Shown here: positions 53,881-64,000 of the stretch, one piece after another
Position numbering within the stretch: position 1 is the first letter of the stretch
Layout of the letters: each line of letters begins with the position of its first letter
DNA from: an uncultured Methanoregulaceae archaeon
GTDB lineage: Archaea > Halobacteriota > Methanomicrobia > Methanomicrobiales > Methanospirillaceae
DNA length: 64,000 nt
Direction: 5' to 3'
Assembly (NCBI GenBank): GCA_963841015.1
Contig: CAWJAX010000003.1
Span: forward strand, 320,001 to 384,000
Made by a program: the position numbers and the translations under genes
Notes under the pieces: model-generated
Told to the model about the DNA's origin: nothing
What the model saw: the letters and a program-made list of their open reading frames with translations, nothing else
Databases searched by the model: none

Positions 53881-53952
53881 GCCGGGTAATTCACCCTGAA
53901 ACATTCAGGCCAGGGGTATTACCGGACCACGGTCTCAAGAAAAAAAATTGTA

Positions 53953-54843
53953 TTAAAGTGATGCTGAGGGCTTTTTCCCGGACCCGGATGCAGGTTTCTT
54001 TCTCCACTTTGCTGCAATCACCGCGCTCATGATGATCTGGACAATGATGTATGCCACAAGAACCGCGAGAATGTCGCCAAGCTCTGATGAAATGCTGGTA
54101 GCAAAGAGCAGGGCCATACCGGCGTTACGATTGGCAGAACCAAAGGCAAGCGAGCGGCGGTTGCCCTCCGCTGGTCCGCCGAAGAGGTATCCAAGGATCA
54201 GCGATATCCCCACCGCAAGAGCAATTGCGAGGATGCCCAGGGTTCCGAAGAGATCTCTCAATCCTCCGACAGGGTCAGGTGAGAATATTTTATACAAAAG
54301 GAACACTACGAACACAACAAGGATCATAATGTAGGAAGTCCAGACTACCGGTGACATCAGCTTTTCCGCTACCTTGGGCCATCTGGCACGGATGAAAAGG
54401 CCGATAACCATGGGGATGAACATCAGCAGGAGGAGCGTACGGATAACCGGCCAGACACTGACCGTACTTCCCTCAGGGAGAAGGAGTAGTATCGTGATGG
54501 GCGCTGAAACAAGTGCTATGGTGGACAACAGGAACATGAGCCCGGTTGAAAAAGGCACATTCCCCTCGGCAATCTCGGCAATCCTCGGACTATAGGATGC
54601 CCCGGGGGCACTCGTCATCAGGAGAAAGCCAATAATCATCGAGCCGGAAAGGGCAAAAACCGTAGCAATCAGGTACCCCGCAACCGGTATCAGGATGAGG
54701 TTGACAAGGAGTGCGAACAGGACAAGTTTCACGTTTTTGAAAGGGGCCAGAATGTCCCGCCAGGTATGGCCAAGCCCGATAAAGAGCATGGACGTGATGA
54801 TAAAAAGATAAATACTGACGGTTATGATGGTTTCAGAATTCAT
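53953..54843 (-). CDS. Bile acid:sodium symporter (BASS) family protein
   Basis: ML..GL, NL.LIP, APGA and NRN.GMAL; about nine TMs. Confidence 0.85.
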   Translation of the reverse strand: MNSETIITVSIYLFIITSMLFIGLGHTWRDILAPFKNVKLVLFALLVNLILIPVAGYLIATVFALSGSMIIGFLLMTSAPGASYSPRIAEIAEGNVPFSTGLMFLLSTIALVSAPITILLLLPEGSTVSVWPVIRTLLLLMFIPMVIGLFIRARWPKVAEKLMSPVVWTSYIMILVVFVVFLLYKIFSPDPVGGLRDLFGTLGILAIALAVGISLILGYLFGGPAEGNRRSLAFGSANRNAGMALLFATSISSELGDILAVLVAYIIVQIIMSAVIAAKWRKKPASGSGKKPSASL

Positions 54844-54940
54844 TTATTCTCTCCATGCTTCTCTTTTTTGATCCGGGAATATAAATAACAGGAGGAAATC
54901 GTTTTTTTCCGGTTATCGTCTCTTCTATCGTGGGGAAAAA

Positions 54941-56348
54941 TCAGATTGAACTGCCCTGCTTTGCAAGCCGCTTTCCAACAAACAAAAGAATGATCAGGGC
55001 GGCAATACCCAGCAACACGATCATGAGAAGGACTGTCGGATCATACACGGACGAACCGGGGTTTATCTCATATACCAGAAGGCTGAGAAGGGGAAATACC
55101 AAAGCTACAGAAAGACCCCTCTGGGCAGTCCCGAATGCTAAAACCGCCCGCATGTGCTGATTATATCCTCCCAAGAGATACCCGATGCCAAATGCAGCCA
55201 GCGTAAAGAGGATGATCGCAAGCAAACCACCATACCCGATAATAGCGGTCAACTGAACGGAAAACACAAATATTACGCCGATAAAAGTTGCAAAAAATGC
55301 ACCATACGATGTCCTGTCCAGCCAGGGAAGTACCCGTGCGATCTTTTCTTCTCTGCCGGACCGCAGGAACAGCGCCAGAAAAAGCGGGATAATGATTAAA
55401 ATTACCAATGTTATGAATAAAAGAACAGGATCTATTACAGACTCACCAGGAACGAGGAATGGTGCGATCAGGGGAATATAGAAAACGGAGAAAATGGTAA
55501 GCAGAACCCCAAGACCACCGGCTGTTCCGCGATTATCAGCAGGTATCTGGTTAGCTCTGGCAAGGAATGGCGATCCTGCCGCAGTACCAACCAGGATCAA
55601 TCCAATCGCAATGCCGGCAGGGAGATGCAATCCGGTAACCAGCAGATACGCAATGACGGGAACAAGTATGAAATTGGCAAGGATTGCGCGGCTGATGAGG
55701 TTTTTATCTTTCAGCGGGGCAAGCACCTGGGAAACGGTAGTCGACAATCCCAGTGTTACCATGCTGACGATAATGAAGATCATGGCCCCGAGGTTTGCAG
55801 CCAGTAACATGATCTCGGTTATCTTGTTGGCAAAGAATAAGACAAAAAGTGAAGTCTACCGTGAAGGAGGCAACGATGATGGGAATTGCGTGCCATCGTT
55901 TCCAGTTCATAAGCCATGCAAATACCGGTGCACCATAAATGCCAAAGGGGGGAATCCACGCAATGAAAAAACAGGAGATAACACCATATTTCTGAAGCTG
56001 GGGATATTTTGCACTCGCTTTTTCCATCTTTTCAAGCCATTTCTGTACCCGTTCTGATGTTTCAGACAGGCTGTCACATATCTCAAAGACGGCTAGCACC
56101 ATGCCGAGGGCAAAACAAAACATGGTTATGATGATTACCGGATTTGAAATACCCAGGCCCACCCCAAGTAACGGAGCACCAGCCTGAAGTACGAAAGTTG
56201 AGGTGATGAGCGTGAGTAAACTGGCAATCGAGGTTCCGGTAACTGTGCCAACAATAAGCGGTATTGCCAGTGCGATTATCACGAAAAAAATGATCGCCTT
56301 TGAGAGTTTTTTGAGGATAATCTTCCTTGTATTTGCCCCGCTTTCCAT
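54941..56348 (-). CDS. BASS-family symporter with probable N-terminal COG2426-like domain (+1 frameshift near 55857)
   Basis: The 56348 ORF shifted by one base reads TSLFVLFFANKITEI directly into MLLAANLG of the BASS ORF. Confidence 0.7.
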
Positions 56349-56536
56349 ACTTTATGATAACGCAGGGAATATATATAAATAAGGACTCTTTGTGCATTTT
56401 TTTAGAGAGAAAATAAAAAAAATCCCGGTAAAGATATGGCAGACACCGGGATATCCCTTTACCCGATATCCAAGATCACATGCCATTACCTGAAAAGATA
56501 TAAGATACCAGATACCACCGGATAGCAGATCACCGG

Positions 56537-57445
56537 ATGAATCTTCGCCTTCCCGAAACAAACTACATGCGATACCTAACCCTGGTTATTCTTGTTGGGT
56601 TTCTCCCCGCATCTCTTGGGTATATGTATAATGAGGGGAAGTCACCTGCTGAGATAACCAGTCTCGAAGTTGAAGGTGCACCTGCAGGAATCGTGTTTAT
56701 CGCAGATCCTCATTTGAGAGAGAGTAATTTCAATCAGACCCGGGAGATTGTCCGACAGATTAATGAACTTCATCCTTCGCTGGTCCTGATAGGGGGGGAT
56801 TTTGTCTACGATGATGAAGAGAATCTCACATTCCAGAAGGTGTGGTCAGACATAGATGCACCCGTGTATGCAGTGCTGGGAAATCATGACTATAAATCGG
56901 GCATCGTTGCTTCAGGCTGCTGGGAAAAGACGCTGAATGACCCCCATCCCCCGCTGAAAGCCGGAGATTACAGTGCACTCAGGGTTCATGATGATTCCGC
57001 AGATTATGGATATGCGGATAAAGTAGCCGGTGTCCTGGCCGAAAACGGGGTCAGGGTGCTCCGCAATGAATATGATAAGATCCTTATAGGTAACCAGAGC
57101 GTGATCATTGTCGGTGTGGATGACGGCTGGGCCGGAATGGCAAATCCACCGCATGTGCCGGACGAACTGAAAAATGACTCGTTTATTATTTACCTGGTCC
57201 ATGAACCGTCATACCGTGGCGACTGGGATGCAAATCTGACGCTGGCCGGGCATACTCATGGTGGTCAGATCATTCCGTCAGGATCTGAACGGATTATTTC
57301 TGGGGGGCTGGTCACGTTAAGCGGGGAGATAGAAGAGGGAGATACCATCACCTACATAAGCCGGGGTATAGGAACATCCAACCTTGATGTCAGTTTACGG
57401 TCTTCGCCCCCTGAAATTGTGTACATCAATCCTCAAACAACCTGA
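56537..57445 (+). CDS. Membrane-anchored metallophosphoesterase (paralogue of 52613)
   Basis: Same motif set; shares GIVFIADPH and IDAPVYAVLGNHDY. Confidence 0.88.
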   Translation: MNLRLPETNYMRYLTLVILVGFLPASLGYMYNEGKSPAEITSLEVEGAPAGIVFIADPHLRESNFNQTREIVRQINELHPSLVLIGGDFVYDDEENLTFQKVWSDIDAPVYAVLGNHDYKSGIVASGCWEKTLNDPHPPLKAGDYSALRVHDDSADYGYADKVAGVLAENGVRVLRNEYDKILIGNQSVIIVGVDDGWAGMANPPHVPDELKNDSFIIYLVHEPSYRGDWDANLTLAGHTHGGQIIPSGSERIISGGLVTLSGEIEEGDTITYISRGIGTSNLDVSLRSSPPEIVYINPQTT

Positions 57446-57557
57446 ACGCAGGTCACTTTAGCGTTCAGCTGGATGTATACCAGACCACAAAAGAAAATCC
57501 TGTTTTTTGTATATTCTGACTCTGGTGAAACGGGCATAAACAGAGTGGTCGCACCCA

Positions 57558-57750
57558 AACCATGAAAATCGTAATATATGCGATGGAACCCCTCCTCAAG
57601 GCCTCTCCGAGACACGGCGGCAGGGGTTTTTGAATTGTTAGTTCCTGATCCGCCGCGGGGGGACCGTTTGCTGGGCGGCGGCAATCATCGTACAGGGATG
57701 CGTGTGAAAAAAATCTCGTAGCATACCAGAATAATTCAATTTTCATGGGA
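57558..57750 (+). repeat. Intergenic repeat module B (full)
   Basis: AACCATGAAAATCGTA..GTTCCTGATCCGCCGC..AAAAAATCTCGTA..TTCAATTTT matches the reverse complement of 24806-24995. Confidence 0.85.
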
Positions 57751-57826
57751 AAATCATAGTCCAGAAAAAAAGAAGAAATATCTATCCCCCTGCTGATAGG
57801 GAATAGGAATTTATCAGGAGAATACC

Positions 57827-58405
57827 ATGAAAGTTATTGAAGCGATACACCGTGAAGAAAACGGACGAACCATCGTGAGCCTGAAATTTAAAACCAGAGA
57901 TCAGTTATTTGATTCTGAGGATACATCTCCACTCCCAAAAAAAGAACTCACCCAGGATGCAGAAGATGCGATTCTGAATAATGTGTTTGCTTATAGGGTG
58001 AAAAAGCCTGTTAATATTGAGATACAGCTCCCGATGATTCCGGATCCTGGATCCACGAAAGATATTTCTGATGCAATTCGTAATCATTTCCGCTTTGTAC
58101 TCACTGAACATAAACGCGACACCGCAATTTTCATCCGGGAAAGGAGAACCGCCCTTGCCTTTACAGGATTAAATATCCTGATTGCCCTGCTCTATGTAGG
58201 TTATGCCTACATGAACGAGGACTGGATGTCCACAATTGCAGGAACTCTCGTCGGGGGATTGGTTATAATTATCAACTGGGCTACCATTTGGGATACCTAC
58301 GAATTTTTTATCTTCGACTCACGTGAAAAGTATCAAAGGAAAAAACTGCTCACTAAAATCATAGACGGAGAAATTCAGGTGATTCCCCTTGAAGAAAAGA
58401 ACTAA
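57827..58405 (+). CDS. Hypothetical membrane protein
   Basis: AGGAG SD; two C-terminal TMs. Confidence 0.7.
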   Translation: MKVIEAIHREENGRTIVSLKFKTRDQLFDSEDTSPLPKKELTQDAEDAILNNVFAYRVKKPVNIEIQLPMIPDPGSTKDISDAIRNHFRFVLTEHKRDTAIFIRERRTALAFTGLNILIALLYVGYAYMNEDWMSTIAGTLVGGLVIIINWATIWDTYEFFIFDSREKYQRKKLLTKIIDGEIQVIPLEEKN

Positions 58406-58790
58406 ATCCTGAAATACCTGAAACTCCATTCTCTCTCCAATTTTTTTCGTATTTTGCAATTTCTTTCTCATAATCGGCAGAAAAAATCGGAATTCAGGAA
58501 TATTCCTTCCCTGATGCAGAGCAAAGAATTCTGCCGGATCAATGATTCATTCCACTCATTAGCGCAGTATATACCTGCAATTGGATCTTTTAAACGCTAA
58601 CAATCGAATTGCATTCTCCCGTTCTATCGTGTCTCCATGCTGATTCAGGATCAGCACAACCTGCTTTGATCCGGAAAATCAGGGTAAATGCACTTTTGAC
58701 ATCAGGAAAATGTCAGGCTATTCTTTACTAAAAAAATTACGTTGGCACATCATCTCGCCGCCAGGTCATCTCTAAATAACAAAACTAAAT

Positions 58791-59438
58791 ATGGATATAC
58801 TACAAAAAAACTACACCATGTCTGAACGTTCATATGGAATGTATCTGGCTTACTTCACCCAGGCAGCCCTTGGTTTTAATGTCCTGATTGCAATATACCT
58901 GGGCTTTGGAGTCGCCTCAGGAGTTTTAGGATTCCTGATAGCATTGGTTCCCTATCTTGTCACCAAATTTACCAGGATTAAATTCCCCTGGTTTGTGTAC
59001 TTCCTCATATCGCTGGCGCTCCTGATTCACATTTCGGGATATATCCAGGGACGGTATCTCAATATCCCCAACTGGGATACCCTTGCCCACACGGTTTCAG
59101 GATCGATTTTAGCCCTGCTAGGGTTTATTCTGGTTCTCTTTATGGATAAGATCCGGAAATATAACCTGGATCCTTTATCTATTGCAGCCTTTACCGTCAT
59201 GTTTGGATTGACAGGTGAATATCTCTGGGAGATCTATGAATTCCTTGTCGACACCATCCTTGGAGGCTCCCTTGCCGGCAAGATGCAGGCTGACAACACG
59301 GATACCATGATGGATATGATCTTTGTATTTCTTCCATCACTCATCATCGCAATTGTATGTTATTATTACGTGAGTAAATACAAAAAAGAGACAATCGTAC
59401 ACGAAATGCTTAAGGATAGTACCTTTTTCCCCGAATAA
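58791..59438 (+). CDS. Hypothetical membrane protein (DUF2238-like)
   Basis: WD.LAH..SG, WEIYEF and DTMMD motifs. Confidence 0.7.
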   Translation: MDILQKNYTMSERSYGMYLAYFTQAALGFNVLIAIYLGFGVASGVLGFLIALVPYLVTKFTRIKFPWFVYFLISLALLIHISGYIQGRYLNIPNWDTLAHTVSGSILALLGFILVLFMDKIRKYNLDPLSIAAFTVMFGLTGEYLWEIYEFLVDTILGGSLAGKMQADNTDTMMDMIFVFLPSLIIAIVCYYYVSKYKKETIVHEMLKDSTFFPE

Positions 59439-59485
59439 TTTTTCACTTTGGGGACCGGAGATGCCACCGGAAAAAATAATTTTTT

Positions 59486-59776
59486 TTAAAATTTATCGAT
59501 CGTTTCCGGGATCTCAAACTCGGGAGTAGACGGGGGGCTGGTATATACCTTCCAACAGAAAAAGGCAACACAGGTAATGATGATACCAGCAAGCAGGATT
59601 GCACTTATTACATTTTCAGTAACATTCGTGCTCACCGGAATATTAATCCCCGTCGAATCGTTGAGTAATGCGATCACCAGGGCTAATCCAAAAAACAGGA
59701 ATAATCCAACAAAAATCCCAAGGATAACTGCGGCGACAACTCTGAGTATAGCGGGTTTGGGGGCATTTTCTGGCAT
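59486..59776 (-). CDS. Small two-TM protein
   Basis: ATG 59776; two hydrophobic helices. Confidence 0.6.
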   Translation of the reverse strand: MPENAPKPAILRVVAAVILGIFVGLFLFFGLALVIALLNDSTGINIPVSTNVTENVISAILLAGIIITCVAFFCWKVYTSPPSTPEFEIPETIDKF

Positions 59777-60181
59777 AAAATCACTATTTATTCCTGTAAT
59801 ATATAGTAATTGGCATTGACCATACCGGGTGTACTTCCGTGATCTCCCCTGAGATCTCTCTCTGAAGGAAAATAACTGAATACAAAGAGCAAGGAGCGAT
59901 GTAACAGTCCCCCGCCGGAACACAGAAGTAAACATGAGGAAACTCCCTGCAGACCAGGATATAATCCGCACCCGAATCTGACGATACGCTCATATTTTCT
60001 CCGCACCAATATATCGACACGCGAGCGTTCCCCTGCATGCTCAGTATGGTTGATTAAACCTCGCGTACAGATACGGGCAATACCGTTTAAAGGGAGGATA
60101 CCCGGGTCGGTTCAAAGGAGCGGGATTCAGGGAACGTTATGAAAGTTCGCTCAAAGCCCGTAAAAAGCATAGTACAATCGT

Positions 60182-60266
60182 GCGAGGATTGCCAAGCTTG
60201 GTTAAAGGCGCAGGGCTTAGGACCCTGTCTCGCAGGAGTTCGCCGGTTCGAATCCGGCTCCTCGCA
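60182..60266 (+). tRNA. tRNA-Leu (anticodon TAG)
   Basis: GCGAGGA/TCCTCGC acceptor stem, CAGGG-CTTAGGA-CCCTG anticodon arm, long variable arm, GGTTCGAATCC; no encoded CCA; T-tract follows. Confidence 0.96.
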
Positions 60267-60430
60267 TTTTTCCATTTTTCCTTGGGGTTTAGATAACTAA
60301 AAAATTGCCACTCCAGATATCCAGTGGGCGATTAGTTCTAAAATACATTAATAACAAATCCGGGCCGGGTGCATTGCACTGGCGCGTTGCACGAATTTAT
60401 CAGGAATCGTGTATGAGCGACTAATCACCT

Positions 60431-60829
60431 ATGAGTGAGAACAAAGATTCCCAGTTTCAGACTCAGTATATTCTGGTAAAAAAATATCACCGTCACGTTC
60501 TCTGGCTTATTCTGGGATTATTATTTGCCCTGGATATTTTAACAACATCCATGAGTCTGCACCTGGGGAATTTTGAAAAAAATCCCTTCATGGTCCCCTT
60601 TGTCAATAACCCGCTTCTCCACGGGATAGTAAAAATGAGTGCGTATATTTTCCTTTTTTTCGTCATTGAAAGAGCGGTCGTGTTCATACAGGAAAAACGA
60701 CCTGAAAACAAACCTTTCTGGATTAAACTGAATTTCCAGACATTGTACGGCTTGATAATTTTTGTTCTGATTTATTTAATCTGGGTTTACCTCTACGTGG
60801 TGATGAGCAATATACTGGTAATTTCTTAA
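60431..60829 (+). CDS. DUF5658-like membrane protein
   Basis: LD.LTT...L..G..E.NP.M and K motif. Confidence 0.7.
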   Translation: MSENKDSQFQTQYILVKKYHRHVLWLILGLLFALDILTTSMSLHLGNFEKNPFMVPFVNNPLLHGIVKMSAYIFLFFVIERAVVFIQEKRPENKPFWIKLNFQTLYGLIIFVLIYLIWVYLYVVMSNILVIS

Positions 60830-60952
60830 GCGATTTTTTAGAAATCTGAAAAATCTGATAATATCAAAATCCGCTTCGAGCCTTCCAGGGTTCTTTGGAA
60901 AAATTGCAGAGGATCTGACAGTTTCAACAACCAGCGATACTAATAATCCTTC

Positions 60953-61265
60953 TTTTTCGTGGATCATCGTCAGCATCATTTTAAACCGTTGCTATGCCTG
61001 GAGGGCATGCGGTTTGTTTGCCGGCATGATGATTATCTGACCATCTTTGAGCAGGTATTGCGTCTTCTCTATAGAGATCTCCGCTTCACCATCAATTATC
61101 GTGGCAATTGCATCGAATGGTGCCGTATGTTCCGACAGATCTTTACCGGCATCAAAGGCGAAGAATGTGATAGTACCACTCCTTTTAGACGAACATCCGG
61201 CTCACTACGGATCCTTCCATAGAGGTGATAAGGTCTCTTGGATTCAGGATTTTTCCGGCAGGGAT
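60953..61265 (-). pseudogene. Degenerate copy of the cupin gene
   Basis: Aligns with 62527-62835 but has a GAG>TAG nonsense change (~60992), a small deletion and no start. Confidence 0.85.
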
Positions 61266-61375
61266 AGCAATAATTTCCCTGGCCGTGGATGATACCCGGA
61301 TCTCATATGTACTATTGGATTCACAATATTTAAATAAGCAATTTATTTAAATAAATTAAAAATATACATATAGTT

Positions 61376-61630
61376 ATGGCAACCATCACCATCAGCGTGG
61401 ACGATGAAACAGAGAAAAAGTTCCGTGAAGTTGTAACACGTATGCACGGCAAAAGAAAAGGAGCATTGGGTGAAGCCACAACAGAAGCACTGAACCTCTG
61501 GGTTAAGGAAAAGAAGCAGGAAGAGATCTCCCGCACTGCCCTTATTCTCATGGAAAAGGAGTACGACCTGGGAGTTCGGCATTACCGCACACGAGAGGAT
61601 CTCCATGGACGGCTCACCAGCGTTGATTGA
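61376..61630 (+). CDS. RHH-type antitoxin (VapB-like)
   Basis: MATITISVDD...EAL..WV; overlaps the PIN gene. Confidence 0.8.
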   Translation: MATITISVDDETEKKFREVVTRMHGKRKGALGEATTEALNLWVKEKKQEEISRTALILMEKEYDLGVRHYRTREDLHGRLTSVD

Positions 61631-62054
61631 TACCAATATCCTGGGATATGTATTCGATTCCCGGGAACAGGAAAAGCGGCAGATATCTCACGATCTGCTT
61701 GCCAGATGCTGGAAGGGGGAGATACAGTATGCAGTTTCGGTCCAGAATCTTGCCGAATTTGCTGTCATCGTAACAGAAAAAGTGGCCAATCCCCTACCAT
61801 CTGACACCGTCCAGGCATTCATCCACGCGATAGTTGCATACGACGGATGGATAAAAATCGGGTATTCTGGTAAAACAATAGAGGAAGCAATTACCCTCCA
61901 GGCACTCCACAAGATTCATTTCTGGGACGCGCTGATCATTGCTTCGATGAAAGAGCATGGGCTTTCTCATATATATTCTGAAGACCGGCATCTCGCCCGC
62001 GTACCTTCAATCACCGTTATTAATCCATATCATAAAGCAAAGGAGTTCAGATAA
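61605..62054 (+). CDS. PIN-domain toxin (VapC-like)
   Basis: IDTNIL, QNLAEF, FWDALI and YSED. Confidence 0.9.
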   Translation: MDGSPALIDTNILGYVFDSREQEKRQISHDLLARCWKGEIQYAVSVQNLAEFAVIVTEKVANPLPSDTVQAFIHAIVAYDGWIKIGYSGKTIEEAITLQALHKIHFWDALIIASMKEHGLSHIYSEDRHLARVPSITVINPYHKAKEFR

Positions 62055-62524
62055 AAAAGGATAATAAATATCTGATTTCGGTGCGTTCTTTGGTCTCTCC
62101 ACTGATGATGCGGGTTCAAAGATAGCCTGGTTCTCTCGCATATCTGAACTCATGTTCACAGATCTGATCTTCATCGCACCACAACCCGGGATAGACGGTT
62201 ATTTGCAGAATTTCTGATGACACATGCTGGTGTTTTTTTGGACTGATTCTGTTGGAAAACCGACAGTACAATCGATACCCGGTTCAGCTTATTCATCAGC
62301 TGATTTTTGTGCTGGAAATACCGCAATAACTCAGATTTTACCTCAAACCAGACTCCAGAAATGCAGGAAAATGTATCCTGATGATTGCATTTGGAGGCGG
62401 ATCGGAGTTCGATCAAATATACGGATTTGGAACAAAAAAGAAAACCTGTTTTTTAGTGTCCTGTCTGACACAAGAGTATGCTTCATCGGGAGCAATACAC
62501 CAAATGGATACGATTCATTGCTGG

Positions 62525-62860
62525 TTATTCGTGAATCATCGTCAGCATCATTTTAAACCGTTGCTCTGCATGGAGGGCATGCGGTTTGTTTGCCGGCATG
62601 ATGATCATCTGGCCTTCCTTGAGCAGGTATTGGGTCTTCTCAATGGAGATCTCTGCTTCGCCATCAATTATTGTAGCAATTGCATCGAACGGTGCGGTAT
62701 GTTCTGACAGGCCTTCACCGGCATCGAAGGCAAAGAGGGTTATGGTCCCGCTCTTTTTGTACACGATCATGCGGCTCACTACGGATCCATCCTGGTAGGT
62801 GATGAGGTCTTTTGGATTCAGGATTTTTCCGGCAAGGTTTTCGTGGGATTTTTCTGGCAT
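62525..62860 (-). CDS. Cupin-domain protein
   Basis: FAFDAGEGLSEHTAPFDA and MPANKPHAL. Confidence 0.88.
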   Translation of the reverse strand: MPEKSHENLAGKILNPKDLITYQDGSVVSRMIVYKKSGTITLFAFDAGEGLSEHTAPFDAIATIIDGEAEISIEKTQYLLKEGQMIIMPANKPHALHAEQRFKMMLTMIHE

Positions 62861-63580
62861 GGGATCACTTATGCATCTTATTGTGCAGGTGTTCATAAAG
62901 ACCTGTTTTGAGGACTGTCCGCTCCAGGTAGTTCCTTATAAGCGATACCAAGCAGGATACGAACTTACCCGATTTTGCACTCATTGTTAAGATAAAATAT
63001 TCAATTCCGTGAAACCCATAGTTCCATGATTTCAAGGCTGACAAAAGACCAAAAGATGACTTGCAAAAAGTGAAAAAAACAGTATTACTTATCCTACGGA
63101 AATTCTGACTGCTTAAAGGAATTGAGTTCATTTGAGCATTCTGAGACAAATAAGTAATTCGCTAAAAGGCGCAATTATAGAACTCATCTGATATCTTGTT
63201 CGCCATCGGAAATACCCAATGGTAATCCTGATCCTTATTCTGTCGATTGGATCCTAAAGATCAATCGGGCATGATGTAATTTGTGATATTAGCACCTCGA
63301 TCACGTTATAAAGGTGTGATTCGGTGGTATGTCATTAATTATCAGATGCACATCCAATTGAAAGTTTACACATCAGAACAGATGAATAACACTTTGCACA
63401 AAGTGTCTGATAATAGCATGCTAGATGCATACGCGGAAATTATGTAAGTCATGATTGCACCTTGATGACGATGAGGTGATCTGCATTTCATTTGCACGAC
63501 ATCTGCACGAGGAATAGAGGACAATACTTCAATGAAAACATAAATTGAATCATTGCAGTGAATACAAAAAAAGGTTGGAT

Positions 63581-64000
63581 TTAGACGTAGGTATCCAGTA
63601 ATACCTGATTGTGATCCATCGTCAAATGAACCAGCAACAACAACAGTGATGTTCTTGACCTGATGCTATAAGAACCAATAACGTCGAATGACGTTCCAAC
63701 CGACTGGGTTTGGTAGTTGCCGTTCCAATAGCGACCAATTCGTAGCCGCATCATAATCAGATGTATTGTATAGCATGTGCCATTTGGTGCAGTAACCATC
63801 AATATATTAAAGGGTTGAATCGTCCTGTCCACCATGTATGTCATGACATATACAGTTTGCATCTGGCTTCGTGCAGCAGTAGACTGCAACAACCTTGGTC
63901 TTGCTGATATTACCCGACATTCCAAACACGAACGCAGCAATGACTGCTGCGAGGATCACTGTAATAGCGACCATCAGGATCACACCGATAACGGGTGATA
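63581..64000 (-). pseudogene. Archaeal type IV pilin, 5' end outside the window, multiply frameshifted
   Basis: SPVIGVILMVAITVILAAVIAAFVFG class III signal/pilin helix; GGQD and terminal QVLLDTYV lie across frame breaks. Confidence 0.8.

Noticed and set aside
7746-57750. CRISPR array or autonomous IS as the explanation for the repeats
   Set aside because: Copies are dispersed and ~190 bp long, with no spacers, cas genes or transposase in the window.
60182-64000. Integrated element at tRNA-Leu
   Set aside because: No integrase or duplicated tRNA 3' end was seen within the window.

Overview
This is archaeal chromosomal DNA, most consistent with a Methanomicrobiales methanogen (Methanoregula-like; inferred from gene content). 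The left two-thirds is housekeeping: rnz, thiC, cdc48-hsp20, a three-gene FBPase/aldolase cluster, Lsm, a receiver-PAS-PAS-diadenylate cyclase, ADP-forming acetate-CoA ligase, tpiA, a U32 protein, a near-complete aromatic amino acid cluster, pit, mbf1 and pan. The right third is more accessory: a calpain-like protease with a large surface protein, TrkH and Kup, duplicated symporters and phosphoesterases, tRNA-Leu, a VapBC pair between duplicated cupin genes, and a broken pilin. The best candidate for an undescribed system is an unannotated small ORF (33748-33909, minus strand) just upstream of the eight-gene aro operon. Its last ten codons read YYFRYFFWYR, like an attenuation leader peptide sensing Tyr, Phe and Trp, here in an archaeon. 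It is accompanied by alternative RNA pairings, a U-tract and a perfect palindrome next to the promoter. Also notable are a two-module structured intergenic repeat family at five loci and a ~275-nt candidate structured RNA. About ten single-base frameshifts in otherwise intact genes suggest long-read indel errors, which limits confidence in exact starts.
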